From a virus, in the IMG/VR virus record IMGVR_UViG_3300030060_004050, positions 54,539-118,538 of that record: DNA of 64,000 nucleotides. The stretch is one strand, 5' to 3'. The notes below the pieces were generated by a model that did no database searches, had not been told where the DNA came from, and was given only the letters and a program-made list of their open reading frames with translations. Made by a program: the position numbers and the translations under genes. Positions 57,975 through 64,000 of this stretch are shown here, piece after piece; position 1 is the first letter of the stretch, and each line of letters begins with the position of its first letter.

Positions 57975-60672
57975 CTTTAAACTTCTTTCTAAATCTTTCG
58001 ACTCCGCAGGCCTGCCCGGGTGTCATGATTTGATGATATTCTCTTGCCTTAGTTGTTCCATCTTCCATTGCTTCATTTTTTCTAGAAAAACTACGATTGG
58101 AACTCTTAGACTTTACCCTTAAATTCTTATCACCATTATTTAGGGGATTTCGATCTTTGTGATCGACATCTTTACCATCACCGAGACGAACTCTACCCTG
58201 TGCCTCTAGTTTTCTTCGTGCTTTATTTCGACTGCTTCTTTTGTCAATTTGATCTTGCTTACCTTGGTAGTTGTCGTACTCTTTTTTGTAGTTTCTGTCT
58301 TCATTTTTAGGAACACAGTTGGGAACCATCTTTCCGCCTTTTTTCTTCATACCTCTTTGAACATGTGTGTCCCAACACTCAGCAAACAATGATTCAAACT
58401 GTTCGTTTTTTTCCTTGGTTTTCTTCTTCATCTGGTTAATGTACTTACGATACACTGCCGCCTCTGATGTCTTACCCATCTCTCTTGCTCTTTGTTCCAT
58501 TGCAACTGCTGCTTGGATTTTGTGAGCGTGGGATCGATCAGAGGACTTGATTTTACTTACAGACGCCTTTGCTGTTTCAACATCTTTAAATCCCAATCCC
58601 TTGATTGTTCCCTTTGGATTTTCGTCTGTATATAAGTCGGAGTGCTTCTTAGAATTTGCAGGTTGTCCCTTCTTACGAGGGATTCTGGGGTTGTCTTCTT
58701 CTTTGAGTGTTGCTCTGTTTGTCTTACTGCTATATTTGTAATTACCTTTTGACTTACCAGAGTACTTCGCCGCACGATCTTTTGCACGATCCTCGGCGCT
58801 CATTGAGTTTCTTTTCTTACCCTTGTCGGTTAGTTCCTGCGATCCTTTTTTGAGGATTCCTCTTTTCTGAAGAGACGCAGTGGCGATAGCATAGGTCTTG
58901 GATTTAGACCAAGATGGGTTTTTATCTTTGAGTTGATTAACAAGTCTGTCTAGAATATCAGGTTCTGTTAGTAAACGACTCTCCACAACGGTAGGTCTTG
59001 GGCCTCCGCCTCCACCGGGAACCGTGTGAATCGGACCGGGACTGTATGGAACTTCATGAGGATTGTCGATATCGTCAGGACCAGGGATCCTTGGATCGCT
59101 TGGATAAAATGGTTTCTCGCCCCATCCACCAGGCTGACGTTTACCAACTATTGGACCAAAAGGTCTTTTCCAAGATGGAATTAGTCTTACGGGAATCGGT
59201 TGCGAGTGCATCCCACCCGGTCCTTTAAAAACAACCATCCATTCACCAGTGTTTGGATTAAAATAGTAATACCAACCAAACTGAGGTATACCGGGATTAC
59301 CAGAGGTAGGATCGGTTGGATTAAATGGTGAAGGTTGGAAGTATCCTCCCGGACCTGGACCGTCGGACGGTAAGAATTGTTCCTTTACATTTCCACGAAG
59401 TTTAGCGATTCTTTCTCGTTCTTGGGTTCGAATTCCCGGAAGAAGTTTTTGTGCTACCTTTGCAATTCTTGCAGGAGAATACTTCTTCTTTAGTCTCTTC
59501 TCGATTGCCTCTTTTTCAGCAAAACCCAAAGACTGCCAACTTCGGTTCTTAAGCATCTTCTTCTTGAACCCAGTAATAGCAGCCTTTCGTGCCTTCTTCT
59601 TTAAATCCTCAGCACCCTTCATCTTTCGTGCTTTGATTTTTCTACGCATTGATCGACGCTTTGAAGTTCTTCTGGCTGCTCTTGCCATTTTTCTTCTTGC
59701 TTCTTTTGAGAGTTCGTCAAGTTGAGTGGATTCGTTTATCTCTTGGTTTAAACCAATGTTGTCGCCAACATTACCACTGAATGTTCCTGCATTTACTTCG
59801 AGGACATACTTGGCAGGTTTATTTGGCATTCGTGTATTTAGATCATGCGGTTGAAGAGTGGCAATATCAACAATTGTGCCTTCTTCGTTGATCCAAACAA
59901 CGTCGAGAGGAATGTAAGTATTCTTCATCCAGATACCATGGTGATCCTCTTCGTCGAATACGAAAAGCATACCATCTTCATTGTCCATGGACTTTACATC
60001 CATGAGTCCCTTTTCTCTGGTTTCGTCGGTATCTGCTAGTCTAACATTGAATGTCTGCTCACCAAACGAAGCGTATTCTTCTTTCAGTCCCATTCCTTTT
60101 CGGATGGACTTAAAGAGACGAAGTGCAACTCTCTTGTTTACCTTTGCGGGAACACCCTTTATGAATTTTTCAAACTCGTCGTCTACTGCTGCCTTTCTCA
60201 TTTTCGATCCAGACATACCAACGACACCCTCTGCATCAGGATCTCGTTCACCAGCAGACAAGACTTCAAAAACTTCTAAGTCCTTGGTGTATGGTTTCAT
60301 TCTCTTGGTAAATTCGCCTACACGATCACCACCAACCACCATGTATACTTTGGTGTATCCCTCTTTGTATAAAGAGTCTAGTACTTGAAATGGAGTTTTT
60401 GCCGATCTGTCATCGACAATATTGGCTCCTGAAAACATCTTTCGCATAAATAGTACTTTATCCTTGTGCGAAAGAGGATTTTGCTTTTTGTCTTGCGAGT
60501 GGCTGGGATAGATCCTATGTTCCGCTCCTCGCTTTTTTGCTTCTCTTATAACTGTGTTGATGAGAAGTTGGTGCCCCGATGTGGGAGGCTGAAACCTTCC
60601 GAAAGTAAACACCACAGACTTACCTTCAGTCTGTTCCCGAATGTTTGCTTGTATTTCTCGGTATGATTTCAT
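57958..60672 (-). CDS. 904-aa multidomain protein: cytidylyltransferase-like (HxGH) + DUF192-like + small modules + HNH-like
   Basis: FTFGRFQPPTSGH; GMLFVF..IWMKNTYIPLDVVW..YVLEVNAG; CWDTHVQRGMKKK..VPNCVP; GKDVDHKDRNPLNN; start moved to MKSYREI. Confidence 0.75.
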   Translation of the reverse strand: MKSYREIQANIREQTEGKSVVFTFGRFQPPTSGHQLLINTVIREAKKRGAEHRIYPSHSQDKKQNPLSHKDKVLFMRKMFSGANIVDDRSAKTPFQVLDSLYKEGYTKVYMVVGGDRVGEFTKRMKPYTKDLEVFEVLSAGERDPDAEGVVGMSGSKMRKAAVDDEFEKFIKGVPAKVNKRVALRLFKSIRKGMGLKEEYASFGEQTFNVRLADTDETREKGLMDVKSMDNEDGMLFVFDEEDHHGIWMKNTYIPLDVVWINEEGTIVDIATLQPHDLNTRMPNKPAKYVLEVNAGTFSGNVGDNIGLNQEINESTQLDELSKEARRKMARAARRTSKRRSMRRKIKARKMKGAEDLKKKARKAAITGFKKKMLKNRSWQSLGFAEKEAIEKRLKKKYSPARIAKVAQKLLPGIRTQERERIAKLRGNVKEQFLPSDGPGPGGYFQPSPFNPTDPTSGNPGIPQFGWYYYFNPNTGEWMVVFKGPGGMHSQPIPVRLIPSWKRPFGPIVGKRQPGGWGEKPFYPSDPRIPGPDDIDNPHEVPYSPGPIHTVPGGGGGPRPTVVESRLLTEPDILDRLVNQLKDKNPSWSKSKTYAIATASLQKRGILKKGSQELTDKGKKRNSMSAEDRAKDRAAKYSGKSKGNYKYSSKTNRATLKEEDNPRIPRKKGQPANSKKHSDLYTDENPKGTIKGLGFKDVETAKASVSKIKSSDRSHAHKIQAAVAMEQRAREMGKTSEAAVYRKYINQMKKKTKEKNEQFESLFAECWDTHVQRGMKKKGGKMVPNCVPKNEDRNYKKEYDNYQGKQDQIDKRSSRNKARRKLEAQGRVRLGDGKDVDHKDRNPLNNGDKNLRVKSKSSNRSFSRKNEAMEDGTTKAREYHQIMTPGQACGVERFRKKFKDVRSK

Positions 60673-60770
60673 TTTACTTATTGAGATTGGATCACGCACC
60701 CTTTCTTGGTAAGGATTACCTCCACATCGGGGCGGACCAACTCTCCAGTTATTAAGAGATTAACAGGGAA

Positions 60771-60896
60771 TCAGTCTTTGTTCCACGGGAAGAACTTTCG
60801 AGTCCACTCCCATGCCGGACGACCGATAAGTGCGCCTGCTACAAAAACAATAATAGTGTGTGCTACTAAGCCGTAAGTTGTTGTTAAAAATTCCAT
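60771..60896 (-). CDS. 41-aa membrane peptide (absent from the ORF track)
   Basis: MEFLTTTYGLVAHTIIVFVAGALIGRPAWEWTRKFFPWNKD; AAAGGAG SD; CATAAATA at 60935-60942. Confidence 0.7.
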   Translation of the reverse strand: MEFLTTTYGLVAHTIIVFVAGALIGRPAWEWTRKFFPWNKD

Positions 60897-60955
60897 AGTT
60901 AATCTCCTTTGTTTAAATGTGAATAACCATAATGTATTTATGGTTTTTTTATGGT

Positions 60956-61567
60956 TTATCCAATAACATCATCGTCGTTACCGAAGCCATCGAAGTCATC
61001 CATACATGTCCAACAGAAACCACTGCCGGGTATTACGTTTCCGTCTGCATCATATTGTGGGGGGAAAGAATTTAAAAGGTACATGAGGTTAAAGAAATCC
61101 TCTGCTGTTTGAATTCCTCCTAATCCTAACACACCACCCAACCCAGAAATACTATTAGTTCCAGACAACAGAAGGATTGCATTAATCATGTCACTTTGTG
61201 GATTAAAGAAAAACTGCTCGAACCATTGTTCATAATCATCCCATGTCTGTGGGTATGTATCTACATCGTTGGGGTTAAAAAAATCAGGATTGAACACACC
61301 CTCATCATCACCAATTCCATCTCCATCATCATCAAGAAAATCACCGAGCATCTCCGCCCGAGTTTTTGGTGCAGAAGGCGCTTGTGAGGTTATCTGAGGA
61401 CCCTTACCAACAATCGGTTGTGCTGACAGAGATGTCACTGCTGAAGGTTGTGACATCTTCTGTGTAAATGGATCCATCCGTAAAGATAGTTCATCATCCT
61501 TGAACGATGCAACCGAAGCGGTTGTCATTTGTTCGTATAGAAATTGTTTGGTTCCGAAGTCGGACAT
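60956..61567 (-). CDS. Acidic hypothetical protein, probable internal head protein
   Basis: MSDFGTKQFLYEQ leader; DDDGDGIGDD loop. Confidence 0.6.
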   Translation of the reverse strand: MSDFGTKQFLYEQMTTASVASFKDDELSLRMDPFTQKMSQPSAVTSLSAQPIVGKGPQITSQAPSAPKTRAEMLGDFLDDDGDGIGDDEGVFNPDFFNPNDVDTYPQTWDDYEQWFEQFFFNPQSDMINAILLLSGTNSISGLGGVLGLGGIQTAEDFFNLMYLLNSFPPQYDADGNVIPGSGFCWTCMDDFDGFGNDDDVIG

Positions 61568-61571
61568 GAAC

Positions 61572-61739
61572 TCAGTCCTTCTTAGCAGTTTTCTTTGCTT
61601 TCTTTTCAACCTTCTTTGGTTTTACTTCAGCAACGGTTTCCTCTGCTCTAAGACCACGCATAACGCTGGATCTGCTGTTGAGGACTGCTCTTCCGAGTTT
61701 GCTGTCGTCTGTTCTTCTTACTTCTTCTCTAGTTGCCAT
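61572..61739 (-). CDS. 55-aa basic protein (absent from the ORF track)
   Basis: MATREEVRR...KKVEKKAKKTAKKD; AGGAG SD; ATACATAATA box upstream. Confidence 0.65.
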   Translation of the reverse strand: MATREEVRRTDDSKLGRAVLNSRSSVMRGLRAEETVAEVKPKKVEKKAKKTAKKD

Positions 61740-61789
61740 GGGTTTTCTCCTAAACAGAAATGTTGGTTAACTGTATTATGTATGCCGCG

Positions 61790-62995
61790 TCAACCTTTTA
61801 CCCAGTTTTTTGCAGCAGTAAAGTTTTGTCTTGAAAATTCAAGTCTATCGACGAGTTTAAGTGCTTTTGTGCCATATCTGTCGATTGCGACGTATCCTTC
61901 GGGTGCGGTTACGTCAAAACCGTCTCCGCTTCTGATGAAAGTACCGATTGATTTGATTTTTTCGAACTTTCGAACCAAAACAATCTTCGCTTCACCCAAA
62001 AGTGCATGGAGTTTGAACGCCTGATCAATTTTTGCTCCATTTTGTGCGATGAAAGACATGATTTTGTCTTTTTGCTCTTGCTTTCGCTTCTTACCACTCT
62101 CTGATTTCAATTTATCCACCTGAGATTGTAGTTTTTTGTCCATGTAAGCGGCGAAACCCTTTATGTTTCCGGTAGAAACGCCCTGACGAACGTTTGCATT
62201 GATATAAATCTTGATTTCATCGATGATCGACTTGTTTTTAATAAATTTGGTAAGGAAACTTCGGTTTTTGGACAGCAAAGCGTTGATGTTTTTGATAAGT
62301 TTATCGATTTTTGCAACCTCCTTGTTAGTGAGTGTTGCGTTGCCTGAAACATCTTTCAAATATGCATCATCAAACCACACATCGGATGTCTTTTTGAACC
62401 CACTAACGTTAACACCGAACGATGCACTTAGATCTGCGATGCTTTTACCACTATATTTCGTGTGAAAAACGATACCAATCCTTGCTCTCTCTATTCGTTT
62501 TGCAAGATCGGAGTCTTTAGGTACGGCATATGTGATAGTATTGGGTGTAAACGTAATGTGTGGTTCACCATTGATCGACTCTGTACCCAAATCGTCGTTC
62601 ATAAACATCATATCACCTTGGATAATACCATCGAACCCAAGTTTGGGTAGGTGATTAAGTGCAACATGGAGACGATCTGCTAATCCACCGGAGTGGTTTG
62701 CACGAATGTCATCGTGGGTGTAGTTAATTTTAGGTGTCTTGTTAAACAGACTCTTTGTAGCAACAAAGAATTTACCGTTTTCGGGATCCTTACCACAAAA
62801 TATAGCAGGCGCACCGTCCCATTTTACAGTGATATCAACTCCGCTCTTTGAATTTCCGCGAAGCATGTCTACCACGGAGTTCAAAAAGTTCACTGCATTA
62901 GAAACGCCTTTTGCGCCTTCGTTAAAAACAGAATCTTCAATGTGTTCCATATGAAGATTCTTGGATTCCTTCAAATATGTAAGGAAGTTTTTCAT
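61790..62995 (-). CDS. Ligase-fold covalent nucleotidyltransferase-like protein (DUF6267-like) with capsid-targeting-like leader
   Basis: MKNFLTYLKES leader; KWDG (motif I), QGD, IVFH, EGYV, K in the RNA-ligase motif order. Confidence 0.7.
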   Translation of the reverse strand: MKNFLTYLKESKNLHMEHIEDSVFNEGAKGVSNAVNFLNSVVDMLRGNSKSGVDITVKWDGAPAIFCGKDPENGKFFVATKSLFNKTPKINYTHDDIRANHSGGLADRLHVALNHLPKLGFDGIIQGDMMFMNDDLGTESINGEPHITFTPNTITYAVPKDSDLAKRIERARIGIVFHTKYSGKSIADLSASFGVNVSGFKKTSDVWFDDAYLKDVSGNATLTNKEVAKIDKLIKNINALLSKNRSFLTKFIKNKSIIDEIKIYINANVRQGVSTGNIKGFAAYMDKKLQSQVDKLKSESGKKRKQEQKDKIMSFIAQNGAKIDQAFKLHALLGEAKIVLVRKFEKIKSIGTFIRSGDGFDVTAPEGYVAIDRYGTKALKLVDRLEFSRQNFTAAKNWVKG

Positions 62996-63930
62996 CAGTC
63001 CTCCACTTTGGAACCGGCTCTCCACTGCTTACACGACCAGTATCGTGCTTTAGTCTTGGGTCCGGGGTTGTCACAATTATGTCTAGCACGGAAGTTCTTT
63101 CTTCGTTCCGGATCGTCTCGCTTGATCTCCATGTTGGGATCACCGAAACGAACAGTCTTTATATTTCCTGTGCTTGGATCTTTTACATAAACCTTAAACT
63201 TTTTATTCCCACCAGAGTCTCTCATGATTTTGTTGAGAGGACCCTTTTTCTTCTTCTCTTCTTCGAAGATGGGACTGGTGTAAGATTCAGGAAGACGCTT
63301 TCCCTTTGTCGGGGCAGTTGTTCCTATATCTAGTTTCTTAGCACGAATGTCATTTACTTTTGGTGCCTCGGGAACTTCTAGATCAGGTGGTGCAAATTGA
63401 TTGTTCCACTCATAAGCCCACAAAGGCCATATTCCTGACTGCCAAATTTGAGTCATTAAAGTATGATCCTCTTGAGTAAGCACACCATCTCCATTGAAAT
63501 CGTAATAGTAAACATAGTCTGGGGCATATACCCCGGAATCAATAAAACCTTGCAATTGATTCAATCCTCCCTGCCACGATTGATTCGCCTCAAGTCGTAG
63601 TGGGTGTTGAGAATCCATGGGGAGAAGATAAAGGTGATCTTTCCACCAAGATTCGAGATTGACATTCTGTGGTGGTGGATTCGGAACGCCTTGTGACCAT
63701 AACGAAAGAATAAGAGTTAAATCGTTGAATGTAATTTCACCATCACCGTCCCAATCATGTCTGGCGATAGTGAGGGACGAAGGATTTGTGTGTGTCATTA
63801 GTGCTTGAATGACCTGTACTCTATCCCACCACATATGATCACTTGTTCCTTCTGGATAAGGATTCGTTGGAGTCTGCTGTTCGTTTAGGTTAACAGACTC
63901 TTGAAGATAGTTTTGAAAACGAGTACTCAT
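62995..63930 (-). CDS. Modular probable internal head protein: leader + two Ca-loops + conserved basic phage domain
   Basis: MSTRFQNYLQESVNLNEQ; DWDGDGEITFND, DFNGDGVLTQED; KKFKVYVKDP..VRFGDP..NFRARHNC..ARYWSC. Confidence 0.7.
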   Translation of the reverse strand: MSTRFQNYLQESVNLNEQQTPTNPYPEGTSDHMWWDRVQVIQALMTHTNPSSLTIARHDWDGDGEITFNDLTLILSLWSQGVPNPPPQNVNLESWWKDHLYLLPMDSQHPLRLEANQSWQGGLNQLQGFIDSGVYAPDYVYYYDFNGDGVLTQEDHTLMTQIWQSGIWPLWAYEWNNQFAPPDLEVPEAPKVNDIRAKKLDIGTTAPTKGKRLPESYTSPIFEEEKKKKGPLNKIMRDSGGNKKFKVYVKDPSTGNIKTVRFGDPNMEIKRDDPERRKNFRARHNCDNPGPKTKARYWSCKQWRAGSKVED

Positions 63931-64000
63931 TTCTCCTTTTCCTTTCTCCAAGTACCACCCTTACTCTTGTAGTCCTTGGATGCCCATGCGTTTGCATATG
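63927..64000 (-). CDS. C-terminal end of a small basic conserved phage domain protein (partial)
   Basis: YANAWASKDYKSKGGTWRKEKEK*; ATGA overlap with the next gene. Confidence 0.55.
   Translation of the reverse strand, partial: YANAWASKDYKSKGGTWRKEKEK

Noticed and set aside
61500-62024. 174-aa + strand ORF and similar + strand ORFs in the right arm (for example 59981-60388)
   Set aside because: They are antisense to well-supported - strand genes and carry no motifs
6273-63951. Longer N-termini from the ORF track (6273, 12952, 17694, 22430, 40998, 43896, 45292, 46996, 48045, 48938, 52917, 54487, 60699, 61609, 63025, 63951)
   Set aside because: They overlap upstream genes or promoters; downstream starts fit SD or promoter spacing and family N-termini better
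1-64000. tRNA genes, CRISPR array, rRNA
   Set aside because: Intergenic gaps are short, and I saw no cloverleaf with a T-loop consensus and no regularly spaced direct repeats; a tRNAscan/Infernal run would be needed to be certain
1-64000. Stop-codon reassignment
   Set aside because: Core genes are full length in the standard code, and TAA, TGA and TAG all end genes

Overview
This window is a 64-kb segment of a large T4-like myovirus genome (about 38-40% GC by eye, standard genetic code). Positions 1-51956 are essentially all on the + strand. They begin with the head/tail module (end of g17, g18-g23, g3). The recombination/replication core follows (uvsY, uvsW, g55, g47/g46, rnh, g45, g44, g62, regA, g43, uvsX, g41, g61), then nucleotide metabolism (dut, thyX, class II RNR). 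After a bidirectional terminator at about 52.0 kb the genes run mostly on the - strand: membrane/lysis-like genes and a block of probable capsid-packaged proteins. Five things stand out. (1) A gmd + ColD-type dehydratase + ColC/Fcl reductase set (probable GDP-colitose pathway) is threaded between the clamp genes. It is followed by GT25, GT11, carbamoyltransferase, GT10 and GT2-TPR genes directly upstream of a Thr-rich collagen-like fibre, which suggests a virion glycosylation system. (2) About a dozen ORFs carry T4 capsid-targeting-like N-termini and gp21-type (I/L)-x-E sites, with Pro/Gly/aromatic-rich, Ca-loop or enzymatic cargo, including a 904-aa polyprotein and a ligase-like protein. (3) Four near-identical TTGAC(T/A)-N16-TATACT-N6-ATG promoters predict leaderless mRNAs. 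(4) Three enzymes have lost their catalytic residues. (5) A dockerin-like motif hints at a Planctomycetota host. All family assignments come from recalled motifs and T4-like synteny; no database searches were run.
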